Part shown: in pieces, positions 38,344 through 48,189 of the stretch | Layout: each line of letters starts with the position of its first letter | Position numbering within the stretch: position 1 is the stretch's first letter | Origin: Polyangiales bacterium | GTDB lineage: Bacteria > Myxococcota_A > Polyangia > Polyangiales > Polyangiaceae | Reading direction: 5' to 3' | Assembly (NCBI GenBank): GCA_038230375.1 | Contig: JBBRNJ010000009.1 | Location: 64,001 to 128,000 of the forward strand | Length of the DNA stretch: 64,000 nucleotides | The notes under the pieces: model-generated | The model's input: only the letters and a program-made list of their open reading frames with translations | Told to the model about the DNA's origin: nothing | The model's database searches: none | Position numbers and translations under genes: made by a program

Positions 38344-38679
38344 ATGATGAAGAAACTTGTTTGCCTTACCGCCTCTGTCGCAGTTTCTGCCGCGGCGATC
38401 ACGGCGCTGATCGGCTGCGCCCAGCCCAACATGTCCCCGGTGTCGGGCGGCCTGTACACTGGCGTCCAGGGCCACAGCAACGCGACCTCCAACCCCATCG
38501 GCACGAAGCGCGGCGAGTCCTGCGCGATGTCGATCCTCGGCATCATCGCGATCGGCGATGCTTCGGCGACGACGGCAGCCCAGGCTGGCGGCATCACGAA
38601 GATCGGCGTCGTCGACACCGACATGTTCGGCGTCCTCGGCCTCTACGCGAAGCACTGCACCGTCGTGAAGGGTGAGTGA
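38344..38679 (+). CDS. TRL-like family lipoprotein 2
   Basis: LIGC lipobox; GESCAMSILGIIAIGDAS...VLGLY...CTVVKG; AGGAG RBS. Confidence 0.82.
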   Translation: MMKKLVCLTASVAVSAAAITALIGCAQPNMSPVSGGLYTGVQGHSNATSNPIGTKRGESCAMSILGIIAIGDASATTAAQAGGITKIGVVDTDMFGVLGLYAKHCTVVKGE

Positions 38680-38680
38680 G

Positions 38681-39205
38681 ATGCGTAAGCTCGCCACCAT
38701 GATTGGCGCGCTGGCATCCGTTGGCGCGCTTGTGTTGCTGACTGGCTGCGGTGGGTTCGGTGTATTTGGTGGACTATTCGTGAGGAGCAAGGCTCCGGTC
38801 AGCGGCTCCTTGTTCACGGCGGTTCAGGCACACGACAACGCCACCGAGAACCCGATCGGCGCCAAGAACAACAAGATCTGCGCGACCGGCCTCCTCGGAC
38901 GTTATGCCTTCGGCAGCGCTGCTGTCGTGGGTGCAGCGGGCGCGGACATCAAAGAGGTCAGCGTGGTCGACTCCGACATCTTCACGCTCCTTAGTCTCTA
39001 TCAGACCCACTGCACCATCGTACACGACGGTAGTGGCGCGGCTCCCGCAGCGGCTCCTGGGGCTGCACCGGTCCCCGGCGCGACTCCTGCTGCGCCTGGC
39101 GCGGCACCCACTGCTCCCGGCGGCGTCGCTCCTGGCGCTCCCGTTGCACCCACGACTGCGGCCCCCGGCGGCGCGCCGGCGCCCCCCGCAGGCAAGACGA
39201 TCTGA
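38681..39205 (+). CDS. TRL-like lipoprotein 3 with Pro/Ala tail
   Basis: LTGC lipobox; CATGLLG...LY..HCTIV, then AP repeats. Confidence 0.75.
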   Translation: MRKLATMIGALASVGALVLLTGCGGFGVFGGLFVRSKAPVSGSLFTAVQAHDNATENPIGAKNNKICATGLLGRYAFGSAAVVGAAGADIKEVSVVDSDIFTLLSLYQTHCTIVHDGSGAAPAAAPGAAPVPGATPAAPGAAPTAPGGVAPGAPVAPTTAAPGGAPAPPAGKTI

Positions 39206-39293
39206 TCCCGCCAGGTTGATCGGACGCGCGCCATCCGAGGCGCGTTGAGTGAAGGCGACTGGGACCTCCCTGTCGCCTTCATTCTGTTGTGCG

Positions 39294-40013
39294 TCAGCGG
39301 TGCTCCACGACGACCGGGGCGGGCGGCGATAGCAAGGTCACCTGGAGGCCTATCATTTGCGTGTGGAAGTCGTCGAACCCCAGGACACCCCAGTTGTACT
39401 CCGTCGCGATGAAGCCGTGCACAGCGATCCCCTCGCCGATGCGCGTGCCGAGCGCGAGGCCTGCGCGGGGCGATACCAGTCCGAGCGCGAACTTCGTGTG
39501 CGACACGCCGACGTTGATCCACGACATGCCGGTGAACGCGAAGAGCTCCACGGGACCGAGACGAAAGCCGCCAGTGAGCTCGTAGTACGGGCTCAACGTG
39601 AGGCTCTTGTTGTCCCACATCTTCACGTGCAAGCCGTACACGCCACCGATGCGAAACCATTTGAGCTGCGGTGTGGAGCCTGCCGCGTAGCCGGCCTCCC
39701 AGCCTGTCGTGCTCGTGCCTCCGCCATTGCGCGGCGTGGAGAAGAGCACGGCGCCCTCGAGTCGCCCTTCGCCGAGCTGGTTCTGCCAGCGCAGCGCGGA
39801 GCGGCCCGGCTTGGTCGGGTCATCGCCTGGCTCGTCGGGCATCTGCACCGGTGCCTTGGGTTCGAGCGAAGGCGGCACCTCGACCTTGTCGTTCACCTTC
39901 GCAGCAGGCGGCGCATCTGCGCGCGCAGTCGTGGCGCCGAGCGCGATCGAGAGCGTGACGACGAGCGTCGGGGCAACGGGCCTGAGAGCCATAGGGCGAG
40001 GCCCGAGTAGCAC
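39294..40013 (-). CDS. Outer-membrane beta-barrel-like protein (paralog of 37193-37906)
   Basis: Signal peptide ending ARA; shares VxMxDxKS, GGxxLGPxE, SPR and EYxW blocks. Confidence 0.6.
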   Translation of the reverse strand: MLLGPRPMALRPVAPTLVVTLSIALGATTARADAPPAAKVNDKVEVPPSLEPKAPVQMPDEPGDDPTKPGRSALRWQNQLGEGRLEGAVLFSTPRNGGGTSTTGWEAGYAAGSTPQLKWFRIGGVYGLHVKMWDNKSLTLSPYYELTGGFRLGPVELFAFTGMSWINVGVSHTKFALGLVSPRAGLALGTRIGEGIAVHGFIATEYNWGVLGFDDFHTQMIGLQVTLLSPPAPVVVEHR

Positions 40014-40015
40014 AA

Positions 40016-40849
40016 TCAGTTCAGCATGGGCCGCTTGTTCGTGAGCTTTCCCAGCTGGCGCTCCAGCTCCTTCGCGCGGACCGGGGATGGCTCGAGCGAG
40101 AGCGCCCGCGAGAAATCGGAGCGCGCCGACTCCACCGCGCCCAGCCTGAGCGCCAGGGTCGCCCGCTCCGCGAGCGCAGCGGTGGACAGCGGCAGCAGCG
40201 ACACGACGCGATCGACCGCCAGATGCGCACGGGCCACGTCACCACGTGTAAGATACACGCTTTTCAGGTTGGTGAGCATGCGCACCAGCAGGTTCTTGGT
40301 GTCGCAGGGTTCCAGGTGCTCCGAGGAGAGCTCCGCCTTCTGCCCGAGAGCGCGGCGAAGAAGCTCGTCGATACGCGCGCGGCCGATCGGGCGCCCCTCG
40401 AACGGGTCGACGATGACCATGTGGTCGGGCGAACGCTGCGCGTCGTCAATCCGCACGAGGAAATGGCCGGGGAACGACACGCCACGCGCAACGACGCCCG
40501 CGCGACGCGCGATCTCGATGAAGACGACGGCGAGCGTGATGGGGATGCCGATCCGACGCTCGAGCACGTCTGGCAGCAGGCTGTTCTTCGGGTCGTAGTA
40601 GTCCTTTGCGTTGCCGCGAAAGCCGAGTGCGCCATAGACGTGCGCGCACAAAAGCTCCGCCTGCGTGACAATGTCCAGGCGCCCAAGGTGAGCGTCGACC
40701 ATGGGCTCGGCGAGGTCCTGGAAGCGCTCCACGAGGCTGCCAACGTCGAGCTCGGGATAGGCGTCACGGGAAACGAGCGCGGCGCCAAGGGCCACACTTT
40801 GCCGCTCCAGGGGCAGATCCATGAGCTCTTCGAGGGTGGAGGGGCGCAT
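40016..40849 (-). CDS. SirB1-like (Transglut_core2 plus TPR) protein
   Basis: GFRGNAKDYYDPKNS, GIPITL, FPGHFL, DPF motifs; C-terminal TPR. Confidence 0.88.
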   Translation of the reverse strand: MRPSTLEELMDLPLERQSVALGAALVSRDAYPELDVGSLVERFQDLAEPMVDAHLGRLDIVTQAELLCAHVYGALGFRGNAKDYYDPKNSLLPDVLERRIGIPITLAVVFIEIARRAGVVARGVSFPGHFLVRIDDAQRSPDHMVIVDPFEGRPIGRARIDELLRRALGQKAELSSEHLEPCDTKNLLVRMLTNLKSVYLTRGDVARAHLAVDRVVSLLPLSTAALAERATLALRLGAVESARSDFSRALSLEPSPVRAKELERQLGKLTNKRPMLN

Positions 40850-40903
40850 CTGTGTACAAGACAGCTTGACGCGGGGCCGCGCGAAAGCAAAAAGGGGGAC
40901 CCC

Positions 40904-42130
40904 ATGTCCACTGAAGACGGCTCCGCCGGCAACACCAAGAAGCCAGGACTCCGCAAGGATTTCGAGCGCGCACGCGATGTTCACCCGATCGGCATCACGG
41001 GGAAGGAGCGGCCGCACGACATCCTCATGACCGCGTTCCCCGCATATGTGGGTAGGCAGGTGCGGACCGCCTACGAGCTGATGCGCGCGTCGAGCAAGGA
41101 GGACACCTGCACGTTCCTCACGTTCTCCGGTGCGATGACGCCGGCGGGGCTCCACCAGTCGTGCCTCATCCCGCTCATCGAGCGCGGGCTCGTGGACTGC
41201 ATCACGACGACGGGCGCGAACCTCTATCACGACGCGCACCGCATCATCGGGCATCGCATCCGCGAGATCGATCCCGTCGCGGGCGATCTCCAGTATCGCC
41301 TCGCGCGCATCATCCGCATCTACGACCTGGGCTTCTGGGAAGAGACGCTGCTCGAGACGGACAAGCTGTTCTCCGCGCTGCTGCTCTTGCCCGAGTTCCA
41401 GCGCAAGATGACCACGCCAGAGCTGCACTACTTGCTCGGCAAGCACATCTACGAGATGGAGAAGGCGCTGGGCGTGCAGAGCCCGTCGCTGCTCTCCACG
41501 GCGTACAAGTACGGCGTGCCGATCTTCGTGGGCGCGGTGCAGGATGGCTCCATCTTCCTGAACATCGTGAAGCTGAAGCGCATGTACGGGGATGACTTCA
41601 AGCTCGAGATCGACGTGAACGACGACGTCTTCGAGATGGGCGCGATGCAGCATCACTGCTTCGGCACCTTGAAGAAGCGAATGGCGATCTGGATCCTCGG
41701 CGGTGGCGTGCCGAAGAACTACACGCTGCAGGGCGAACCGCTGCTCGATCAGATCCTTGGCGTGCCCACGCACGGCTTCGACATCGACGTGCAGATCTGC
41801 GTGGACCCGGTGGACAACGGCGCGCTCTCGTCGTGCCCCGCCGGTGAAGGCCACACCTGGGGCAAGGTCTCCGCGGAGAGCGTGCAGTACGGCTCCATGT
41901 ACGTGCACTGCGACGTGACGGCGGTCTTCCCTTGGCTCACGTACGCGCTGCTGTCGGACGCGCGCGTGCACCGGAAGCACCGGCGCCTCTACGACGCGCG
42001 CGACGCGGCCGTGCACACGCTCCAGCGTGAGGTCGGCAAGCGCAAGAAGAAGCTCGCCACCACCGTGACGTTCCCGATCCCCGGCAAGAAGAAGTCTGGC
42101 GCGAAGAAGAAGAAGACGGGGAAGGCATGA
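40904..42130 (+). CDS. Deoxyhypusine synthase-like protein (possible homospermidine synthesis)
   Basis: SGAMTPAG, TTGANLYHD, GGGVPKN, GALSS, EGHTWGK (catalytic Lys position kept). Confidence 0.9.
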   Translation: MSTEDGSAGNTKKPGLRKDFERARDVHPIGITGKERPHDILMTAFPAYVGRQVRTAYELMRASSKEDTCTFLTFSGAMTPAGLHQSCLIPLIERGLVDCITTTGANLYHDAHRIIGHRIREIDPVAGDLQYRLARIIRIYDLGFWEETLLETDKLFSALLLLPEFQRKMTTPELHYLLGKHIYEMEKALGVQSPSLLSTAYKYGVPIFVGAVQDGSIFLNIVKLKRMYGDDFKLEIDVNDDVFEMGAMQHHCFGTLKKRMAIWILGGGVPKNYTLQGEPLLDQILGVPTHGFDIDVQICVDPVDNGALSSCPAGEGHTWGKVSAESVQYGSMYVHCDVTAVFPWLTYALLSDARVHRKHRRLYDARDAAVHTLQREVGKRKKKLATTVTFPIPGKKKSGAKKKKTGKA

Positions 42131-43521
42131 GCGCTGGCGCCGCGGAGGCCGTTCCGCGTCCGTCGGGGGCCGATGAAGATCTGGTCGCGGTCGGCGAGGA
42201 GCGACTCCGCGAATACAGCATCGAGACCTGCGCGCGCGTGATCCGCGAGCGCAACGCCGAGCTTTGCGCGGTGCTCACCGTGCTGGACGAGCCCGCGCGC
42301 ATCGACGACGCACCTGCCAACAGCCCGCTCGGTGGCGTGCCGTACGTGCTCAAGGACGTCTGGGACACGGCGGGCATCCGCACCACGGGAGGCTCGTTCC
42401 GCCACAAGTCGCGCATCCCCACGGAGTCGGCGCGCTGCTACGACGTGATGTCGCGGTCCGGCGCGGTGCTGCTCGGCAAGTCGAACCTGGGCGACCTCGC
42501 GTTCTCCGCGGAGAGCGACAATCACATGATGGGGCCGGTCAAGAATCCGCTCGACCTCTCACGCACGGCAGGTGGAAGCACGGGCGGTGGCGCGGCTGCG
42601 GTGGCCTCCGGCATGGCGGCGTTCGACTGGGGCACGGACTTCGGCGGCTCGATCCGCTCGCCCGCAGCGTTCTGCGGTCTGGTGGGCCTGCGGCTGTCGA
42701 ACGACACGTGGCCGGTGGAGCGCGATCACTTCCCGCGCATCTCGCCACACTTCTGGCCGTGGTGCGGGCAAGGACCGATCACGCGCACGGTGGCGGAGTG
42801 CGCGGCGCTCATCGCGGCGATGCGTGAGCTCTGCACGCGTCCCAAGAGCTTCGAGGCCACGCCGAACGACGTGGTGCTCTACTCGCCGGACAAGCGGCAC
42901 GCAGGGGTGTGGCCGGGCTTCACGGCGGACGCGACACGCGTGCTCGAAGGCGCGGGGCTCAACATCGACTTCTCTCACGGGCTGCCGTCGCCGGTGCGCG
43001 TGAACGAGATCTTCGCGGGCTACCTCTGTTCGCACCTCGAGGACATGGCCGGCTCCGATGAGATGGGAATCGCGGAGGGCCTGCCCATCGTGCTCGCCGG
43101 CCTGGGCACGCTAGGGCGGCTGGACAAGCGCATGCATCCGAACACGGCGTTGCTCTTTGCGCTGCTTGGCGTGGGCCGCGTCACGCTGTACCGGAACAAG
43201 AAGCCGTGGGTCACTGCGCTCGAAGGGCTGCGCGACGACACGTGGCGCATCTGGAAGAGCGGGCGGCTCATCGTGTCGCCGACCACCACGCTGCTCCCGC
43301 CAAAGCACGGACGCGCGGCCTTCGCGTACGGGCTGCAGACGTTCCAGAAGCTTGGCAACATGACCGACTCGACCTCGATCGCGATCCCCTTCGGTGTGTT
43401 CGAGGCAGCGCCGCATCTGCCGCGTTCGCTGCTCGTCAGCGGGCCGCCCGGGAGCGAGGATGCCGTGCTCGCGCTCGCCGCGCGTCTGGAGACCCAGATC
43501 GCGAAGGTCGCGGCCGCATGA
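42127..43521 (+). CDS. Amidase-signature family enzyme
   Basis: LKD, GGSTGG and GTDFGGSIRSPA triad motifs; overlaps the DHS stop. Confidence 0.88.
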   Translation: MSAGAAEAVPRPSGADEDLVAVGEERLREYSIETCARVIRERNAELCAVLTVLDEPARIDDAPANSPLGGVPYVLKDVWDTAGIRTTGGSFRHKSRIPTESARCYDVMSRSGAVLLGKSNLGDLAFSAESDNHMMGPVKNPLDLSRTAGGSTGGGAAAVASGMAAFDWGTDFGGSIRSPAAFCGLVGLRLSNDTWPVERDHFPRISPHFWPWCGQGPITRTVAECAALIAAMRELCTRPKSFEATPNDVVLYSPDKRHAGVWPGFTADATRVLEGAGLNIDFSHGLPSPVRVNEIFAGYLCSHLEDMAGSDEMGIAEGLPIVLAGLGTLGRLDKRMHPNTALLFALLGVGRVTLYRNKKPWVTALEGLRDDTWRIWKSGRLIVSPTTTLLPPKHGRAAFAYGLQTFQKLGNMTDSTSIAIPFGVFEAAPHLPRSLLVSGPPGSEDAVLALAARLETQIAKVAAA

Positions 43522-43561
43522 GTTGGCGGGGTGCCGCTCAGCTCTTGGTCGAGCGTGCCGC

Positions 43562-43912
43562 TCAGCTCTCGTAGTCGAACGTGCCGAGCAGCTCGAAGAG
43601 CGCGAACACGGTCGCGGAGCTCGAGAACTCGAACTTGAGCCCGGCGCGCCCAGCTTCCATGCCAGGTCCCGGCTTCACCCAGGCGACGATCGCGCTGATG
43701 AGGAGCGGGTCCCAGAGGTTTGGCGCGACGAACGACACGGTGATGCGATCACCCGGCGTCAGGGCCTCCGCGATCTCGATGCACGCGCCCCCGAACCCCA
43801 GGTTCTGCACCTTTGCGTCGCGCTCCCAGCCCGAGCGGGTGGAGACCACGTTCGCCTTCATGCGAACCAGGCGCCGCGCGTGCTGCCGGAAGCGGGGCTC
43901 TTGGGGATTCAT
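43562..43912 (-). CDS. PilZ domain protein
   Basis: RQHAR and NLGFGG motifs. Confidence 0.75.
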   Translation of the reverse strand: MNPQEPRFRQHARRLVRMKANVVSTRSGWERDAKVQNLGFGGACIEIAEALTPGDRITVSFVAPNLWDPLLISAIVAWVKPGPGMEAGRAGLKFEFSSSATVFALFELLGTFDYES

Positions 43913-44067
43913 CGGGTGGGAGTCTGCGGTCGGGAGGACCTTTAGATTGGCCCAGGGAACGTGGAAAGTCGACTTGTTGGCAAAGCCAGGGCGCTTTCCG
44001 TTACCATGGTCCTCAGGTTGATGAGGCGTCGTTCGTTGTACCGCGTCGTGAAGGAAGAAAGTACGAG

Positions 44068-46041
44068 ATGAGCCAGGACACGCGTAAGGACAAGCGCGCC
44101 AAGGTCGTCAGTCTCAACGTCCGCTACAAGAGCGCGACGATTGACGAGTTCATCGACAACCACTCGCACGACGTGAGCCGTGGCGGCGTGTTCGTGAAGA
44201 CGCAGACGCCGTTCGCCCCTGGCACGCTGCTCAAGTTCGAGATCCGTCTGTCCGGCGACCAGGCCGTGATCGCCGGCGTTGGCCGTGTCGTATGGAAGCG
44301 CGAGCCCACCCAGGCAGGTGGACACGAACGTCCCGCCGGCATGGGCGTCAAGTTCATCAAGGTCGACGACAACTCGCGCGTCGTGATCGAGAAGCTCACC
44401 GGCGCCAAGGCCGACGCAGGCAGCGCCTACCTCTCCGAGCCCGAGGGCGTCGCAGAGGACGGACCGCCGCAGGTGGGCGTCACCATGTCCACCGTTCCGA
44501 AGCCCGCAGGCGCAGCGCCCGTTGCCGCCGCGCCGAAGCCGGGTGGGATCGGTGCGCTCAAGATCCCCGCTGCAACTCCGCCGCCGACGTCCGTCGTACC
44601 GCGCATTCCGGGAGCAGCGAGCCCCGTGGCGGGCCCTCCGCCCGCGAAGGTCGCGGCGCCCGCACCCAGGGCCGCCACACCCGCGCCTCCCGTCGCGAAG
44701 CCTGCAGCAGCGGCTCCTCCCGCTCCCGCACAGCCGCAGTCGCCCATGGCGGGCGCTGCGCGCGCTGCCCCCACGGCACGCAAGGCAACGATGATGGGCA
44801 TTGCTCCGCCCACGCGCGGTGGAGGTGCAACGCCGCCGCCACCAGGCATCGAGCCACTTGGCGCGCCGATCATGCCCGCGGCAAGCTCCACAGGTCCGTC
44901 CTCGCCGTTCAGGCCTGGCGCAAAAGATCCGCCGCCTCCGTCGCCGCCGGCGAAGGTGGAGGTGAAGGCCGCCGTCCCGAGGGCCGAGCCGAAGCCGCAC
45001 GAGATGACGCTCCCGAAGGCGGACCCGCAGCTGCACGTCCCCACGCGGGCGGCGCCCATGTTCCCGAAGCTCGGACCGGAGAGCGAGCCCGAGATGGCTC
45101 ACGAGCCCACCGTGATGAAGCAGGCCGCGGAGCTCCTGGAAGAGGCGCTGAGCGCGGCGGGCGGCTCGCTCGACGAGATCGGCGACAACCCGCTCTTCAG
45201 CGGCACCGCAGCACCGATCCACCACTCGCAGCCCATCGCCCCGCTCATCCCCGACGACGAGCTCCCCGCCGCGACCGAGACAGGCACGCTCATCATGGGC
45301 GCGCGCGGCGTCTCGATGCTCATGGGCGAAGCCGGCGATCCCACGGGCGGGGAGTCGGCGATCGCGCCCTCCGTGCCTCCAACCTCGGGCCTTGCTCCGC
45401 CGATCATCGCGCCGCCGCCTCCGCAGATGTCGCCCGTGTCCGGCGTGCCGCAGTCGCCCTCCTCCCAGAGCGGTCCACGTCCTGCCTTCGCCGCGCCTGC
45501 CCCCGAGAAGGTGCGCGCGCAGGTCCAGTCCACACCTGACGCCAAGAAGAAGGGCAGCGGAGGGACGGTCGCTCTCACGCTCCTGCTTCTCCTCCTCATC
45601 GGAGGCGGCGCAGTGGGCGCGTACAAGATGGGCTACCTCGCGAGCGTGCTCGGCGGCGGTCCTTCTCCACTCCCATCCGCACAGCCCAGCGCGTCGGCCA
45701 CCACCGCTCCGCCGCCGAGCGCGTCAGAGTCTGCCGCGACGCCGCTGCTCGGCGGCCCCGACGCAGCCACGGCTGCGATGGCGACGGGCACGGATGCAGG
45801 CAAGGCCTCGGATGCTGCCGTTGCCATGGCGGATGCTGCGCCCGCCGTGAGCGCGGTGCCGGTGCCCGTCCCCGTGTACAGGCCGCGTCCGCGTCCGCAA
45901 CCGCAGCCTCAACCGAGCGCAACGGAGACCACCGCGCCGACGGAGACCACCGCACCGACGGAGACCACCGCACCAACGGCGGTGCCCGCGCCCGTGCCCA
46001 CGCCAACCTCCATGCCCACGGCGACCGATCCCGCACCGTAG
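44068..46041 (+). CDS. Myxobacterial PilZ-like (TIGR02266-type) protein with Pro-rich linker and TM
   Basis: RKDKR, DVSRGGVF, GRVVWKR and GMGVKF motifs; TM near C-terminus. Confidence 0.82.
   Translation: MSQDTRKDKRAKVVSLNVRYKSATIDEFIDNHSHDVSRGGVFVKTQTPFAPGTLLKFEIRLSGDQAVIAGVGRVVWKREPTQAGGHERPAGMGVKFIKVDDNSRVVIEKLTGAKADAGSAYLSEPEGVAEDGPPQVGVTMSTVPKPAGAAPVAAAPKPGGIGALKIPAATPPPTSVVPRIPGAASPVAGPPPAKVAAPAPRAATPAPPVAKPAAAAPPAPAQPQSPMAGAARAAPTARKATMMGIAPPTRGGGATPPPPGIEPLGAPIMPAASSTGPSSPFRPGAKDPPPPSPPAKVEVKAAVPRAEPKPHEMTLPKADPQLHVPTRAAPMFPKLGPESEPEMAHEPTVMKQAAELLEEALSAAGGSLDEIGDNPLFSGTAAPIHHSQPIAPLIPDDELPAATETGTLIMGARGVSMLMGEAGDPTGGESAIAPSVPPTSGLAPPIIAPPPPQMSPVSGVPQSPSSQSGPRPAFAAPAPEKVRAQVQSTPDAKKKGSGGTVALTLLLLLLIGGGAVGAYKMGYLASVLGGGPSPLPSAQPSASATTAPPPSASESAATPLLGGPDAATAAMATGTDAGKASDAAVAMADAAPAVSAVPVPVPVYRPRPRPQPQPQPSATETTAPTETTAPTETTAPTAVPAPVPTPTSMPTATDPAP
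45922..45975 (+). repeat. Three 18-bp units encoding TETTAP
   Basis: ACGGAGACCACCGC(G/A)CC(G/A) x3. Confidence 0.85.
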
Positions 46042-46071
46042 TTTCGGGGCTTCTGGGTTCGGCTTGCGGGA

Positions 46072-46668
46072 CTATTCGTCGATGAAGCTCGGCGTGCGCT
46101 GCACCACGACGATGAGGCCGCGGAGGATGGCGCACGTCGCGCCCCAGACGAACTCGCCATCGACGTGATAGCCAACGCGCGGGAACAGACCGCGTGGCTT
46201 CGCGATGAACGTGGTGAGGGGCGCGGAGAAGACGCGGGCGACCTCGGCGGCGTTGGGGCACGGCGTGGGCGGCGCATCGAGCCACGCAGCGAACGGCGTG
46301 ACGACGTAGCCTGTGATTGTCGGGAGGTCGTCCAGTGCGCCGAGCAGACGCACGTCCGCGCGTGGCAGACCGATCTCTTCTTCGGCCTCACGCAGCGCGG
46401 TGTCAGCGAGCGACGCGTCCTCGGGATCGAATCGGCCGCCAGGAAACGCGACCTGACCTCCATGCCGACGCAGGCCCTCCGCACGCCGGAGGAGCAGGAT
46501 GTGAACGGCGCCGTCGTGCTCGAACATGGGCATGAGGACCGCGCTCTTCTTGCCGCGTGACTCGTCGAGCTCCAGCCGGGGCCGCTTCGCAAGCTCCACC
46601 GCGAGCGCATCCGCGAGGCCGGCGGGCACGATGCGCGCGCGAACGGGACTCGCCTCTCGCCTCCACAT
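46072..46668 (-). CDS. Nudix CoA pyrophosphatase
   Basis: LRRHGGQVAFPGG...TALREAEEEIG and VWGAT motifs. Confidence 0.9.
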   Translation of the reverse strand: MWRREASPVRARIVPAGLADALAVELAKRPRLELDESRGKKSAVLMPMFEHDGAVHILLLRRAEGLRRHGGQVAFPGGRFDPEDASLADTALREAEEEIGLPRADVRLLGALDDLPTITGYVVTPFAAWLDAPPTPCPNAAEVARVFSAPLTTFIAKPRGLFPRVGYHVDGEFVWGATCAILRGLIVVVQRTPSFIDE

Positions 46669-46696
46669 GACGTGGTTCGTAGCATAAGCTCCCGGC

Positions 46697-47509
46697 ATGT
46701 CCCTCGAACGTTCTCCGCTTGCCGTGATCACGGGTGCTGGTGGTGGCTTTGGTCGTGCGCTCGCCCTGGAGCTTGCGCCGCGCGGCGCGCATCTCATCCT
46801 CGCCGACGTGAACGTCGCTGGTGTGGAGGAGACCGCCACGATGGCGCGCGTGAAGGGCGCAGCGAAGACGACGGTCGTGCGGTGCGACGTGACCAAGCTC
46901 GCGGACGTGGAGGCGCTGCTCGAGGCATGCGGCGACGAGCACATCGATCTCGTCGTGAACAACGCTGGCGTGAGCTCCGGCGGGCGCATCGGCGAGAGCT
47001 CGCTCGATGACTGGCGCTGGACGATCGACGTTGATCTCTGGGGCGTCATCCACGGCTGTCACGTGTTCGTGCCGCGGCTGAAGAAGCAGAAGAGCGGCCA
47101 CGTGATGAACGTCGCCTCCGCAGCGGGTCTGCTCTGCGCGCCGGCGATGGGCGCCTACAACGTCGCGAAGGCGGGCGTCATCGCGCTGTCCGAGACGCTC
47201 TCGGGTGAGTTCTCCGGTACGGGCGCGAGCGTCACCGTGGTATGTCCCACCTTCTTCAAGACAGACATCGTCAACTCGGGGCGCTTCGCCGATCCGAAGC
47301 TGCGCGACGCAGCGACGCGGCTCGTGTCGCGCGGGAAGGAAGCGGAAGACATCGCGCGCGCCGCGCTCCGCTCGGTCAGCGCGGGCGAGCTGTACTGCGT
47401 GCCCATGTCCGACGGGCGCTGGATGTGGCGCATGAAGCGCGCGATCCCTCATTCCTACGGAAAAGTGGCAGGCATGATCGCGAAGCGCTTCTTGCCCGCA
47501 CGGCCGTGA
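46697..47509 (+). CDS. SDR oxidoreductase
   Basis: TGAGGGFG, NNAG and YNVAK motifs. Confidence 0.92.
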   Translation: MSLERSPLAVITGAGGGFGRALALELAPRGAHLILADVNVAGVEETATMARVKGAAKTTVVRCDVTKLADVEALLEACGDEHIDLVVNNAGVSSGGRIGESSLDDWRWTIDVDLWGVIHGCHVFVPRLKKQKSGHVMNVASAAGLLCAPAMGAYNVAKAGVIALSETLSGEFSGTGASVTVVCPTFFKTDIVNSGRFADPKLRDAATRLVSRGKEAEDIARAALRSVSAGELYCVPMSDGRWMWRMKRAIPHSYGKVAGMIAKRFLPARP

Positions 47510-47531
47510 AAGGGTAAGAAAAAGGGCGTTT

Positions 47532-47602
47532 TCCGGCGTCGTCTAATGGCAGGACAGAGGATTTTGATTCCTCTTACGACAGTTCGAATCTGTCCGCTGG
47601 AA
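47532..47602 (+). tRNA. tRNA-Gln (anticodon TTG)
   Basis: Acceptor TCCGGCG/CGCTGGA, D-arm, anticodon arm GAGGA-TTTTGAT-TCCTC, T-arm GACAG-TTCGAAT-CTGTC. Confidence 0.93.
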
Positions 47603-47739
47603 CCGATCTGATCACGTGGGCTTAGCTCGGCTTAGCTCCGCTTCGCTGACAAGCGACGCGAGGCCCGAGACAACCGCGAGACAGTTTGCGAAGGTGGGCC
47701 TCGCGTGACGTCCTAGTCGAAGTCTTGCTCCTGCTCCCT

Positions 47740-47930
47740 GAGAATGTCGGGCATCCGCTCTTCTGTGCGGTCGGAAGCACGTGCACCTGGTCGCGCGCGA
47801 GACGACGCGCCTTCAGCTCCTTCGCGACCTGCGCGACGACATCGAAGCGACCAGCTACAGTCGCTGCGTCGAGTGCTCACGCGAGCGCATCGTCGACCAG
47901 ACGCGTTGCATCTCTCGGCAACGGCGTACG
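47740..47930 (-). pseudogene. Decayed ORF fragment between the tRNA and its partial copy
   Basis: Minus frame reads ...LVDDALA*ALDAATVAGRFDVVAQVAKELKARRLAR... with in-frame TGA at 47877-47879; boundaries approximate. Confidence 0.4.
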
Positions 47931-47996
47931 CGAAGGGTGTCCACCGTCCACATTGCGCTCGCGAAGATCGCGAGAGTGCGACGGTCTGCGACCGTG

Positions 47997-48046
47997 CAGA
48001 GTTTTGATTTCTCTTGCGACAGTTCGAATCTGTCCGCTGGGAACCG
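47997..48046 (+). mobile_element. Degenerate direct repeat of the tRNA-Gln 3' half (att-like site)
   Basis: CGACAGTTCGAATCTGTCCGCTGG is identical to the tRNA; the upstream anticodon arm is degenerate. Confidence 0.8.
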
Positions 48047-48189
48047 GTATGACGACGCGTGTTGGCTCCTGGACTCCGCTCATCTTCGTGAGCTGCAAAG
48101 CTCGTGTTCAAGAGCGGTCGCCGTGTCGATTTGTGTCGTGCGCTTCTCCGCTCATGACTCGTCAATGAGGATGTGAGACGTTGTCGCTG

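Noticed and set aside
40850..42016. Apparent long bidirectional overlap of the SirB1-like and DHS ORFs
   Set aside because: Plausible starts at 40849 (-) and 40904 (+) give an ordinary divergent pair.
47997..48046. Second tRNA gene
   Set aside because: Lacks the 5' acceptor strand and D-arm; only the 3' half is present.
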